Assembly (NCBI GenBank): GCA_013265495.1
Contig: MU061579.1
Span: 3,283,319-3,347,318, forward strand
DNA: 64,000 nucleotides
Source: Vicugna vicugna
Taxonomy: Eukaryota
Reading direction: 5' to 3'
Program-made: the position numbers and the translations under genes
In this document: in pieces, positions 13,171 to 25,905 of the stretch
Position numbering within the stretch: the stretch's first letter is position 1
Layout of the letters: each line of letters opens with the position of its first letter
The notes under the pieces: generated by a model
What the model saw: the letters and a program-made list of their open reading frames with translations, nothing else
The model's database searches: none
What the model was told of the DNA's origin: nothing

Positions 13171-13303
13171 ACAAGTTTTTTCTTTTTTAATGGAAGTATA
13201 GTCGGTTTACAATGTTGTGTTTATTTCTGGTGTACAGCAGAGTAATTCACATACATATATATATTCCTTTTCATATTCTTTTTCATTATAGGCTATTACA
13301 AGG
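13171..13303 (-). mobile_element. Young 5'-truncated L1 3' end with perfect TSD
   Basis: T-rich tail plus gaagtatagtcggtttacaatgttgtg...tttcattataggctattacaag. Identical tcttccattaaagagttt at 13153-13170 and 13304-13321, followed by aa (L1 endonuclease-like TTT/AA). Confidence 0.93.
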
Positions 13304-13399
13304 TCTTCCATTAAAGAGTTTAATGTCTACCTTGTGATATTGGTGTGTATACATGAGCTGTACCACAGTAAGGTAAATTTGAGTGGAGGTTTGTAAAAC

Positions 13400-13636
13400 A
13401 CAGTAACTAAGAGTAAAAGCCTTTGAGTACAATCTGGATGTGAAGCCCAGCTCTAACATGAAGTAACTGGTGACCTTTGAGTCACTTAACTATATTCAAT
13501 TCATTTAACTGTACAGCGAGGTAATTATATTGATAACGCAAATGGATTACGGCAATTAATTGAGTTAAAGCAGATCAGTTATCCAATACAACTTCTCACA
13601 TACAGGTAGCATTCAATAAAGAAAAATTGCTACTAT
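13400..13636 (+). mobile_element. MIR
   Basis: cccagctcta...tgacctttgagtcacttaac...cacatacaggtagcattcaataaa...gctacta. Confidence 0.65.
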
Positions 13637-13798
13637 AAATTGTTGTGGAAATAGGACAATGACTATTCACAGGAGAGAATATAAGCTCACTGCTGAAGTC
13701 AATTTAGTGACATGCAAAAGATACAGTACATTCAGTCTAGTCTATTATTTGTTTTCCTGTCATTGGTTATTTATTTTTAAATAATTTTATTTTGCATT

Positions 13799-14354
13799 TG
13801 TAGGGGAGTATAATTTGCTATCACAAAATGTATCTCTTAGACATGTAGATTACTTCAAGTTGAAAACAATCGAGGCCCAAAAGACTGGGGAAGAACCTTT
13901 GACTTTTCCCTAACTGACTAAAAGAATTTAGACAGAGGACCTGTTCCTTGGAATAGGGTTATTACCATAGATATCTACAAAAAATATGGCCTCAGTGTGG
14001 TAAGGGAAATTTGGCAGGGCCTACAGATCAGACTCCCTCTGTGTCCCATTGTTTCTGTATGGCCCAGCAGACTTTCATTTACCAAACATTTGCTTTTCCA
14101 TGTAAATTGTCTACCTGCTCTTTGAAATCTCAAACCTCTATCCCCAACATCCTCTTTTGCCTTTAGCCAAAGATAGTATTTAAGGTGTTGGCTTCAGCCA
14201 TTCGGTGAGTTAATCAATTTTCTGGGTCTCTCCCATGCCTAGTTGTTATTGAACTTTTGTTTGATTTTTTCCTTCAATCTACTTCATGTCAATGCAATTC
14301 TTACACCAGCCAGAAGTACCTAAAAGGGTAAAAAATTTTCTGCCCCCTTAAACA
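13799..14354 (+). mobile_element. Solo LTR, ERV1 class (MER34-like)
   Basis: TG...CA termini (tgtaggggag...cccccttaaaca) and a 4-bp TSD catt at 13795-13798 and 14355-14358. Confidence 0.85.
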
Positions 14355-16357
14355 CATTCATGCACTGGTTGAACAATTGCATTAGATAATTTGTAAAGTC
14401 CTCCTGAACTACTATGTTACATGAAATAAATAGAGGCTGATGGAAAGTCAAGTATTTGGGTCAAATTCACTACCTGTAGTCAGACTTTTGCAATATTTTG
14501 AACACTTTTTCCTTTTATTTACATAATTAGAGGCCTTAAAAACCACAAGTAGGGCTTCCTTTAAATTATGATTTTTAACAATACTCTCTGAAAGCTTCCT
14601 AAAATTGGTCATAATTTATATCAGGATGATATTATCATTTATTGCTCCCAGAAAAAGAAAATTGTATCAAATTTTGAAAGTACTGAAAGGACTTAAATAG
14701 GGGCAGAGAATAAGAGGTTATAAGTGAGATTGTAGACCACTTTATACTCTCAAGCTACTATGATTTGAAACATAAATGAAGGCCAAGGTTGCCTACACTG
14801 TGCTAAGTATTGGAATAGACACCATGTCCTTCCAAATACTCTGCAAACCATTTTTAACACAAAGCCACAAGTGAGGTTTCATCAACAGCAAAATAAAGTA
14901 GATCTCACTAAAGTATAGCAACTCAAACATGATTTTTAACAAGGACCAATTAAAGTGAAGAAGTACTTCTCCTACCCCTGTATATAAATGGTTAATGTAC
15001 TGAAGTGTGATATTTAATTACCTCTTTTTATTTTATCCGTCATTATCTTAACTTTCATAGCTACACATGTTACACTGGCCATAAAATTATATTGTCCATT
15101 TTAAGGTGCAGCTACAGTGTTTTTCAGGCTGATTTCCTGATGCAGAGTATTTTTGCCAGTGGTCACCACACCATGGGAAGCTTTTCCACCAATTGGTTCC
15201 AAATTTATAGCCCTTAAACTTTACCAGTGTCATGCCATTAAACAGGGGAGTCTACGTTTCTGCAATCAGTTAGAAACCTTCTCTAAGTTTCAACCTCCTC
15301 CGTTCAATCACTCTACTTGCCAAGATGAAGATATTAACCCTAATTGCTAATGTCTCATTCTATAAAATATCTGGAACAGTATACAAAACCCTACTGTATC
15401 AGATCCTTTCAAGAAAAGAAAATGTATCAATTTGTGGGGGAATACAAAAGAGGCCGATTTGCAGAAGAGTTCTAAGCCTTGTAAGTGCATCCATGGTGGG
15501 AATCATTAAAAAAAATTATTTTTAACATTTTCAATACATATTTGAAAGTTTTTCAATAAAAACAGATTGACAAAGAGATATTATTTAGTTTTCTTAGTTT
15601 TAATAGCACAAAAATATCATGACCCACACATATTAAATATACAGTATAAGTTGCTGAAAATATAAGAATTTTCTGGTCACTTTGTAATTGTCTACAATAT
15701 CTGTGTTTAGAAATACTATTTAATTTATTCTTTTTAAAATCAGAGATTCTTATTAATCATTGTTTACCATCATTCTGACATCTTCCTGTCTCTCCTCATA
15801 TATAAGAAGACAGAGACAAATTAGCCAAATTCTAACATTTCAGTATTTTATTGCTTCACACAAAGTTAAAAGAATAAGAACATATTCTTTTTAAATTACA
15901 TTTATGTATGTCAATGGTACTTTTCCAAATGTGAAACATATATATTTTATATGTTTACATATTTATTTTGAAGAAATGAATTTATTAAAGTACAAACTCC
16001 AGAAAAATCTTTGCATATTCTAAACTTCTACCTAACTACAAGACACTAATCATGACATATTAATATAAATATTGAACAATTTCTCTTATACTGATATGGC
16101 AATAGATTAGAGACAGGACATAATGGTATTTATTCACTCTTTTATCTTCAGGCATAGAACAATGCCTGGGAAGTGATCAATAATATTCACTGTATAAAAA
16201 TATAGACTTATAAATATTTATTCATTTATTTTCTTCAACAAAGCTTAACTTAGAACCTACACTTTGGTAAGCAGTAAACAAGATGTTAGTAATTTTGAAA
16301 GAAAAATTACTCTGCTCGCAATAAAATCCTAATCTAATGGAATATAAGCAATTAATA

Positions 16358-16839
16358 TATATTGGTCTTTCTTGACTTATGGTGAGGCTATATCCCAATA
16401 AACTCATCAAAAGTTGAAAATATCTTAAGTTGAAAATGTATTTAATACACCTCACCTGCAGCTTAACCTAGTCTACCTTAAACATGATCAGAATACTTCT
16501 ATTAGCCTACAGTTGGGCAAAATAATCAAATTAAAACCTATTTCGTAACAAAGTGTTGACTAACTCATGCAGTTTATTGAACACTGTACTAAAAGTGAAA
16601 AACAAAATGGCTGTCTGGGGACAGATGGTTGTTAACTATATCGGTTGTTTACCCTCGTGATGCATGGCTGACAGGGAGCTGAGGCTGCCGTATCTTTCCA
16701 CGCATTGCTAGCCCTGGGAAAAGATCAAAATTCAAAATTCAAAATTCAAAACACAGTTTCTACTGAATACGTATGACTTTCACACCATTGTAAAGTGGAC
16801 AAATTGTAAATGGACCCATCGTAAATTGGGAACCGTCTG
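16358..16839 (+). mobile_element. TcMar-Tigger non-autonomous element (Tigger5/MER47-like)
   Basis: gacttatggtgaggctatatcccaataaac...attagcctacagttgggcaaaat...gtttctactgaat...catcgtaaattgggaaccgtctg, with degenerate TIRs. Confidence 0.88.
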
Positions 16840-17157
16840 CAATAAAAATGCTATGTCATTATTGTCATAATCCTCAGATTCATTGATCAATTTCCTATCA
16901 ATACTCTATTTGAAAACCCAAGTGGAGACCTCAGCTGCCAACTGGAACAGAATATTTCCAGGGTTTGATCACTGAAGAACCATCAATTCATAAAGTACTT
17001 CTTACTTCTATTAGGCTTGAATGCTATACCAAAGGCAATGCAGTGACCATGTTCCCTATACCAAGCTTCTATTCTTATGATTTTCATCTTTTCTCTTTTT
17101 TCTTTGCAAGTTTGTGTCTCTACTGACCCATTTCACTGGGCCTTAAAAACTCCTTAA

Positions 17158-17301
17158 AATTTTTTTGTTGTTGTTTTTGTGTGGGGGAGAGGTAATTAGG
17201 TTTATTTATTTATTTATTTTCAGTGGCGTTACTGGGGATTGAACCTAGGACCTCATGTATGCTAAACACAGACTGAACCACTAAACTCTACGCTCCCCCC
17301 T
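17158..17301 (-). mobile_element. tRNA-derived SINE, vic-1-like
   Basis: ggggagaggtaattaggtttatttattt...actggggattgaacctaggacctcatgtatgctaa...ccactaaactctac. Same family as 1314-1442. Confidence 0.9.
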
Positions 17302-18329
17302 CCACAACTCTCCTTTTGAAGAATCAGATTAAAAAAAAACCTCCACAGTACACCCGTTCCACCTTCTTCCTGAGTGAAACCTAACTGCCTTTTCAGCAGG
17401 CCTCCTCTCTCTCCGTTTACTGAATTTGCGGTGCACAGCTTGACTGCAATTCTTGGCAGCTTGAGAGTAGCTTAGCCATCCTCCTATTGTATTTGTTTCA
17501 TTACAGTTTTGACCAAAATCTGGCAAAAATCCTTTTTTTTATGATGCTAATGCCACCTGTTGCTTAATACAATGTTGAGATAGTAGCTGAGTTTATATAC
17601 TTCTCACGTCTTTTTTAACATAAGAACTCTCCCTTAATACATAAGAGGCAAATTAGAAAAGCAATTGCACTTAATAAGGGAAAAAACTGAGTTAAATTTT
17701 TGTGTTTATAGTTACAAAATAGGCTCTCAATACTCACAACAATAAAAATAATCCCCATGTCTTCTTTGGATTCCCTAGAGAATAAATGGGGAAAGTAGTC
17801 TTAATAGGTTAATCCTTAAATAATGTAGCATACAGTTTTGCTGTAGATGTTTTGGGGGGCACGGAGCTACTTAAATGTTGGCTCAGATAATGAAAGCAGT
17901 GTCCACATATGCAGTTATGAGAAATTAAAAAAAATACATATATATATTAACTGGATTTTCTAGAGTTTTCTGACCTGTGGACACTGAAAACCATTCCTAT
18001 GTATGGCAAACATGACTTGACCAGACACACTTGTTTCATTTCAATCCACACTTGTTTGACAGTCAGGAATGCTTAACGTGATGTGAAATAAAACCTTGCA
18101 CTTTCTTGTGGACTTAGCATCTTGCCATGAAGAGGTGGATCCTCTGTCCAGGTTAGAAAAACCATTGAGAGACACTGGTGGAGTGGAGATTTCACAGGTA
18201 ACCTGCTTGTTTCACATAACAGATTTTGCTTCAGTCGCCGGAAGAATCTTACTCTCTCCTCTTTGGATACTGGAGCAAACTGTGCACTTGTCATTAATCC
18301 TTCATAATTCTACCCCAACATCTGTTTAA

Positions 18330-18958
18330 TTTTCCAATAACTGCTGGCATAATCCTCTTAAATGCAGGTCTGATTACATTAATTCTCTATCAAAAGTCTT
18401 TAGAGTTGAAGACATTCTCCATCTCTTCATACAAAAAGAAATTTCCTCCCATTTGATAATTTTCTTCATTCTTATGTTTACCACTGATAATACCATTATC
18501 TATTTCCCACATGCTAATATAGATACGTTTTATATTTTATTTCCTAAAATTTGTCATTCATGCCATTCCACTTCAGAATCATTGCACAAATTGCTCCATT
18601 TACCTGAATATACATTGCAAGCATGCACACCCACACATATCCATCCACATGCATCCATCTGTGTATGCATGCATGGATACTAATATTCTTACTTAGGACT
18701 TCAGTTTAAAAGATACCATCTTCAGAAGCAAATTTCATCCCTAGTGGAGAACGAGAGAGTCTTTGGTGTATTTCTGTTTTTACCATCTTGCTCTTCTCAG
18801 TGTCATACTTTTGATCACACAGTAATGGCATATTAACAACCCTTATTCCCTTATTATGCTCCATATAGCTTGAGAATAAGAACCGTACAATGATGTCTCA
18901 TCAGCACCTGTTCTAGTGCCTTGTCCATAGTAGATGATCAATGATTTTTAATGAATGC
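18330..18958 (+). mobile_element. Degenerate L2
   Basis: taatcctcttaaatgcaggtctgatta and the 3' end agtgccttgtccatagtagatgatcaatg...aatgaatg. Confidence 0.55.
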
Positions 18959-18999
18959 TAAAGATAATCATGAGTTACATTTTTGTAATGAGAATTGAG

Positions 19000-19414
19000 A
19001 TACACAAAATAACCTTCCAGCTTAAAGCTGTCCACATCCTTATCCCTGGAACCTATGAAAATGTTACATTATGTGGAAAATGAGAATTAAGGTTGCAGAC
19101 TGAAGCAAGGTTGCTAATCAACTGATTTTACAATGAAGAAATTATTTAAGATTATTTGAATGGGTCTTAATCTGGGAAAAGAGAGGCAGGAGAGTCAGAA
19201 ACAGAGCTGACCTTGTGAAAAAGACTCCAATGGCCATTGATGGCTTTGAAGTTGGAGGAAGGAGCCAGGAGCTGACGAATGATTTCCAGAAGATGTTGGT
19301 TATCCCCTGAGTCCAATTCTGACTGCTCCCTCCAGTATTGTAAGACAACAAATCTGTGTTGTTTAAAGCTTCTAAGTTTTGGTAATTTGCTGCAGAGACA
19401 ATATGAAACTAATA
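19000..19414 (+). mobile_element. MaLR solo LTR, MLT1D-like
   Basis: tgtccacatccttatccctggaacctatgaaaatgttac...ggctttgaagttggaggaaggagccaggagc...tgtgttgtttaaagc...aaactaata. Confidence 0.85.
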
Positions 19415-20550
19415 GAATAACATACTGTATTGTTCTCAGCAAAATGATCTGAAATTATTTTAAAAATCAACTGCAGAAGAGATATAATTGTTCCTGAGTT
19501 TTCTAAATCTAATTTAATATAAATTTTGACAGTGTATTATACATTTAGAAAGAAATCAGTATTTTAAAATTCAGGAAGAAGCTAAGTAAACATTTCAGAA
19601 AAGGGATCAATTATTAAATGTGTGAGGAGAGAGATACTTTATTAGTTAATTTAATCAATATTTTTTCTTTACCAGATATGAATTTATCATATTTGATGCT
19701 TAATCACAGTCCACTAGAATTCAGATTTAGTTTATTACAACAGCTAAGTTAAAGGATTTACATGAAATACATGTACTAAAATTGATTATAATACAGATTT
19801 CTAACAATTCTCCTTTACTGCCGAGATATATTTAATTTTATTCTCTTTGATGTTGATAAAAATCTATACTGAGAGCCAGTTTTCTTTTTAAAAATTTTTT
19901 AAAGATGTAGCTTATTATTCATGGACTCTGGACTTGAAACAGATTCAAACAGATCAGTGTTCATATCAATTGTAGAATATTTATTTTTAGGTGATAACAT
20001 TTTATTAAAAATTTTCCTGAAAGAAATTAGGAAGGAATTATACTTGAAGAATAAAAACAATCCATATGAATCAATACAAAGGAAATTAAAATAAATCAGT
20101 AAAAATGAAATTGATATAATGTTTCATGACGAAAATGATTCATTTTCATACTGTGTTTCTGGATTCATTCAGTGTTTTCACGCTAGTTATTTAATTTTAA
20201 TATATATTAACTTTTCCTTTTCTTTGTTTAATGATTTTTACCATCAAGTAAACAAACTGTGTATTAATCACTGATATAATTTATATGCTTTTCTAACTCA
20301 TAAAAAATTATTTTCCAGTATTATTAATTGCATATATTCTTTTTATTATAAACATTTTAGTCTTTGACAGAACATCACTGGAAAAAGCTAAAATAACAGT
20401 AGTGGCTTGTACAGAGACCAAATTCGATCTTCTGATTTTAATAATATTTTCAGCAATTCTTACATTTACCACTCCATGAATTTTACTTTATAAAAATCCT
20501 TGAATACTAACCAAGAAAACATAAATTTGTCTCTGTTTGTTTGTTTACAG

Positions 20551-20573
20551 TTAAAAAGGAAGCTTTCCTACAA
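20551..20573 (+). CDS. Candidate 23-nt internal microexon (LKRKLSY+AA, or xKKEAFLQ), gene unidentified
   Basis: Perfect branch-point heptamer TACTAAC at 20505-20511, pyrimidine-rich acceptor ctctgtttgtttgtttacag, donor CAA|gtaagc, non-repetitive context. Confidence 0.4.
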
Positions 20574-21399
20574 GTAAGCTGCAATCTTAATACAGTGACT
20601 ATTTAGGATGGTGAATCCAAGAATTAGGAAATCATGTTGTCCTGTTGAAGCAATTATTCATGTCCTGAAGTCTAAATAACTTAGAAGTTTCAAGACATGA
20701 TGTATGTAGGAAAATCTTTATTGAAAAATATTAATTGCCAAATAATAGTAGTTGGATAGTAAGAAGAAACACACAGGCATCTGATACATAGTGTATAATA
20801 TAAATAAAATATGGCTTTACAAGATGAGTGCTATTGGAAGTAAATTCCTATAATATTTAAATCACACAGAGTGATGGAATCCTAAATACGGTTCATGTCA
20901 TGTATTTACTTATTAAAAGACCACAGTTCATGAGTATTAAAATGGGAGACAGGAAATTGAAAATTGTCTTAAGTCAACACCTGTATGTGTGAGGGAGGTG
21001 GATGGCCACAGGAACCAGTGAAATGGTGAGTTACAAGACAAACTTTAAAGTTTTGCCTTTTGATTTCTTACATTTACTTTTCCTTAGGTGCGAGAGAAGA
21101 GTAATTAACATCTTGGATGTATGTTGGTAATGGCCTTCATTACTCTTATTCTGCCCCTGCAAGTCTCCAAAATTTAACTGAGTTCTTTCTCCCAGTATCA
21201 TATTCCCCAAAAGGTTAAAAGTGTAACTCTGAAGAGAGAAATTTCCTGATTTAAAAAAAAATTAAATAAATAAAATAAAGAACGTAGTAGTCAACTGTGG
21301 TACTTGGAGCTTCTGACCTAGCGGTCTTCACTGTTGCTTTTCTCTGACCTCACTGGGCTAATAAGGACTGAGATCTGGCTGTAAATCACTCCCCAGTCC

Positions 21400-24300
21400 A
21401 GATTACTAGACAGAGTAGATGAAACCCTTAGAAAAATATTAGCTTAAAAGACAAAATAATTAAACTAGAGCTACCTCAAAATAAAGACTAAAATTGACAG
21501 CATCTACTAAATGAGTATAGAAAAGATATATCTGGGATTTAAAATATACTTAATACATGTTCATAAAGAGAAAAGGGAAGATATTAAAATGCAAACAGGA
21601 ATAAGAACCTAGTTGTACTAATTGTTTATTTAAATGCAAACTAGTTGAATCAATGAATACAGTGGATAGGATAAGTACTGAGACAGATGTAGGTAAAGAA
21701 TAACTTAAGGATACATCTATCTAGGTATAAGGAAAATATTAAAGATATCAAATATAAAAGAGGTAAGATATATGGAGGCAAGAAATACACTCACTAACAT
21801 CTGAATAATATTAGACCCATTGATTAAAAAACAAGGGCAAAAATAAAAATAAAAGAAGAAAGAGAGGAAGGGTGTGTAGGGGAAGATGTTTGAAAATTAA
21901 TGTAAATCTAGTTCTCGAAAGAGTTAAAGGTTATTTGATCTTGTCGAAAACGTCCAATAAGACATTTGCTCCATACCAAACATTTGGTCTTATCCAAAAC
22001 ATCCATGAGCATATTTGGTCCATGCCTAATGATTCTGGACAGGAGCAATTACAAGGACCTTTTGGCATGGACCAAATATCTTATGGACTCTCTGGACAAG
22101 ACAAATGGTCCTGCAAATATCAAGGACATTTTGGTGTGGACCAAATGCCTTATGGACCAAATATTCCATGGACCTGATGTCTTATGGATATTTTGAAGTG
22201 GGTCAAATGTCTCTGCGGATGTTTTAGACAGGATCAAATATAACCAAATATTAAGGATATTTTGGCATGGACCAAATGTATCATGAACCAAATGCCTTAT
22301 GGACATTTTAGACAAAACCAATGTTCTACAAGACTCAAAAGTTAAAAATCAATTTGCAAGATCTCAGATTAGAAAGCTGCACAGAAGTCAAACAGGAAAG
22401 GAAATATCCATTATTATATTGAAATTTATGAACACCAAACTAAAGAATACGAAGACAAATAAAAAATTATAAGAGATTCTACAGAAGGAAAAAAACAGTT
22501 CATTTACAAAGAAACAAGAATCAGGCTGACATTAAATTTTGAACAGCAACACTGAATGAAAAAGGACAATTAATTGATAGCTTTATTACCTAGAAAGAAA
22601 ATGATCATAGATGTAAACTTTTAGATCTTGTTAAAATGTCACTGAAATATGAGGATATAGTGAAAATATTTTCAGGTGTACAAACCATAGATGATTTGTC
22701 TTCAGAAATCCACATGGGAAATATTTTTATAGGAAGTACCTAAGTAATATTAATTTTAAAAATTCATAAAGTACTCAAGAGCATTAAAGAAAGAAAGTGA
22801 TCATATATCTTGATAAAAGTGTCTTGTAAAAAAAACTACATACAAAGGGAAAAATGAGATATAAAATATATAAGGAAGAAATAAAATTTTAGTCACTGTG
22901 ATTATTGTTGGATATATGACCTGGTATGAAAACATGCTGATATATTTGTCTAATTATAGGAAAAATACAAACATTAATAAGTTTAGATGAATTAATGAAT
23001 AGTAGTTAGAAATTTTAACAAACCTCTTTTGTTAGCTGATAATTTTTTCATTAGAAAAAATTAAGAAGAGACATCAAAATTTAGCAAGTCTAATATGCCT
23101 GACCTATGAATATAGATAACTTGACCCCAAAGTGATAGTCTCCAGCATATACAAGCATATGTTGAACGTTTTCACAAATAGACAATTATTTAAGCCAGAA
23201 GTATACATCAGTAAATTCCTAGAGATCAATATCAGATTACATTCTCTAAATATAAGGCAATAAAATTAGAAAGTAATAACCAATACGTAGACTATAAATC
23301 CACATAATTAGAAATGTACTTTACACTTAAAAATTAACCAGGCAGCTAATTAACAAATATTTAGAATTAAAGTGCTGTAATACCATCTGTCAAAATATGT
23401 GAAAACAAAGCTACCATAGAAGAGAAATCTAAAAATTTAAATTCATTAACTCAAAAGAAAAACATAGGAAAAAGTACAACAGAAACAATAACAACAAGAA
23501 AACTTAAAAATCAAGAAAAAATGAAATCAATATAAGGGTAAAACTAAACACAACAAAAATACAAGATTATAGAAACAAACATGTTCTTTGAATAGATGAA
23601 TAAAAAAGACTGGTCTTTATCAGCACTAGTCAAGAAATGCTAAGAGATGATGCAAATAAATACAATATTAGGTTAAATACATGAAAATAAATTTACAGAT
23701 GGAGGAGATTGATTACAAATGCTAGTAGGAAAAGAAAAAAAAAACCTAATTTTAAAACAGTTAATATAGATTAACAATATAGACTGTCTTTGTGACACAG
23801 AAGATCAATTAGGGATGATAAAGTATCTCTTTAAACATAAAAGGTAAATTCATTAAAATTATTAATTTGATTACTTTATATTAAAATTAAATATTTCCTT
23901 TCAATTAAGTACAATGAGGAAAAAAGTTAATAGACAATTGACAGAGAAGTGAACCATACTTAAAATACCTAAAGCCGACAAAGGATTATTAGATTAAAAG
24001 TCCATGATAATTCCTTGCAGGTGCATTTTAAACACCTTAAAGTACTCTTTGGGAATGTGCTGTAGGAAATTAAAGAGATACAGAGATAATTAGAAAAGTA
24101 ATATAAAAATAATAGTTAATTTTATATGACTAATTACTTGCCAGGTCTTGTTCAAGTATGTTAACTCACATTTCCCTCCACTCATTTGGTCTGTGAAACT
24201 TTTACGCATACCTATTAATATCTTGCAGAATCTATTGCACTGAAGTCATTACCAATAAAGTCAAGAATAAGGACGTGATGCCTGTTTTTATCACTATTAT

Positions 24301-24900
24301 TCAAAATGATCCCTGATGCTAGTAAAAGCAGGAAGCAGGAAACAGAAATAATAACTTGTGGAAAAGCTTGCCTACCTAGAGCAGCTATGAAACTCCAATT
24401 AGAGCTGGAATGTAACAAGTGAGTTGAGGAAGTTGGGCAGATATGTACATTTTTAATGGCTTACTCCTTGGCAATAGTGAGTTAGAAAGTACAATGGAAG
24501 CAATGCATTAATCAACAATATGAAAATTACAATGAAATTATAAAATATAAGCCAATGATCTGGGAGAAAATTATGAAGAATCTATATAAACATAAAAAAA
24601 ATATGTTAAGGCATATTCAAATTTTTTAAATAAGTTAGAAGGTGAATTATATGCCATTGTGCAATTATCATTATTTTTCAAAGCTATTTTATACATTTAG
24701 TGTAAAATAATTCAAATAATTTTTGAAAACTGAAATCATATCTTAAAAACTTAGAGGAAGAATTTGATAACCATCACTACACAAAAGTAGCAGAAAAATG
24801 ATTTATAATAATGAATATAATACAAGTTACCATACAAAAGTGCAATGGAATATTGGCCTAGGCTTGGAAAGAGTAATGGAATATAAATATAAAATGAATT
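21400..24900 (+). mobile_element. Very old, fragmented L1 (ORF1 to ORF2), interrupted
   Basis: A-rich L1-like segments such as gaaacaagaatcaggctgaca...cagcaacactgaatg, cagattacattctct...aaggcaataaaattagaaa and aaagtcaagaataaggacgtgatgcc. Confidence 0.6.
21929..22336. mobile_element. Foldback-like non-autonomous DNA element with inverted termini and 16-bp internal repeats, family unassigned
   Basis: 21929-21972 is close to the reverse complement of 22201-22245. Motif ggaccaaatg(t/c)cttat recurs at 22069, 22138, 22154, 22170, 22269 and 22285, and in inverted form in the left arm. Confidence 0.65.
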
Positions 24901-24949
24901 CATAAATGATCAATAAAGTTCCATCAAATCAATTTGGGAAGGACTAATA

Positions 24950-25335
24950 ATTGTTTTGCTTGATCAGCTCTGCTCTCACTGAGTGGGATGCGGACCAAGC
25001 CCACTCAGCTCCTTTGGCACATACAGTAAGAGTGAAGTTAGAGGGCTTCACTACTTCTGGGATGACCTTTATGCAAAGGCGGTGGGAGGCAGGTGTCAGT
25101 GAATAAATAGGTCATTCCTCATTTCAGGCTGAAAATTCTGAGGTGTATTCTAAATAGTAGGGTTGATGCCCAGTTTCCCACTTAACCAGCTGAATCGTGC
25201 CTTCTCAGTTTAGTTTTTCCCTCTTACCCCATAAGCCTTCTCAATGTCTTCCTCTTCCCTGTTTTCATACCCTAAAATAATTATCCAGGTGGTGTATACA
25301 AGCGCTGATTTTGGTGGGGGTGAGCTCAGCTACTG
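24950..25335 (+). mobile_element. Old ERVL solo LTR (LTR16-like)
   Basis: ctacttctgggatgacc...gtgggaggcaggtgtcagtgaataaata...aattctgaggtgtattcta...cccagtttcccac. Confidence 0.6.
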
Positions 25336-25609
25336 AACGAGATGGAAAGAAAGCTTCAGAAAAACAGCAACAACAACAACACAGAGTTGCTTGGGATACC
25401 TCTGGACCCTTAAGCTTTTCTCCCTTTCACTTCTGTAGACCATAGAAATGATGCTTTTAGGGACAAGTAGCTATCTTTAAAATAGAAGTTGTTATATAAA
25501 GGCAAGACCTAATTCTAACGCTAGGAGAACACCAAGAAGAAGAGTCTAGTTTTATCATGCCATTGCTAAACTCTACTTATTTAAGCCTTCCTACTAGGTT
25601 TTGCCATTA

Positions 25610-25905
25610 CAACTGATCCTTGAACAAAGGGTGTGCATGTGTGTGTGTATGTGTAGTGCGGAACTGGGCGAGGGTGGGGCGAGGTGAAGGAGTAGGAAGA
25701 GGGGTAGGTTAGGGGCCTGACTCCCAGCGCAGTGGAATATCCTTGTATGATTTATAGTCTGCCCTCCATATGGGAAGTTCCCCATCTGTGGATTCAACTA
25801 AGCTGTAATGTGTGGTAGTATTTACTACTCAAAACACAACAAAACAAAACAAAATGTGTTAGTGGATCTGCCCAGTTCAAACCTGTGTTATTCAAGGGTA
25901 AATTG
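25610..25905 (+). mobile_element. Tigger2-derived MITE with TA TSDs
   Basis: TA|caactgatccttgaacaa ... gttcaaacctgtgttattcaagggtaaattg|TA. Internal ggttaggggc...gcgcagt and tgtggattcaac. Confidence 0.85.

Noticed and set aside
17329..17526. 65-aa minus-strand ORF in unique sequence
   Set aside because: Non-ATG start, no recognisable homology and no convincing donor. It may be regulatory, but there is no evidence for coding.
19991..20094. Acceptor-like site followed by an open frame (DNILLKIFLKEIRKELY...)
   Set aside because: AT-rich, runs into a stop with no donor, and is consistent with chance.
21872..22321. Three overlapping ORFs with repetitive peptides (QGPFGMDQ/QGHFGVDQ etc.)
   Set aside because: By-products of the 16-bp (non-triplet) repeat array, open on both strands, with no splice context.
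21929..22336. CRISPR-like repeat-spacer array
   Set aside because: Repeats are degenerate, partly inverted and abutting, without unique constant-length spacers. Mammalian context and no cas genes.
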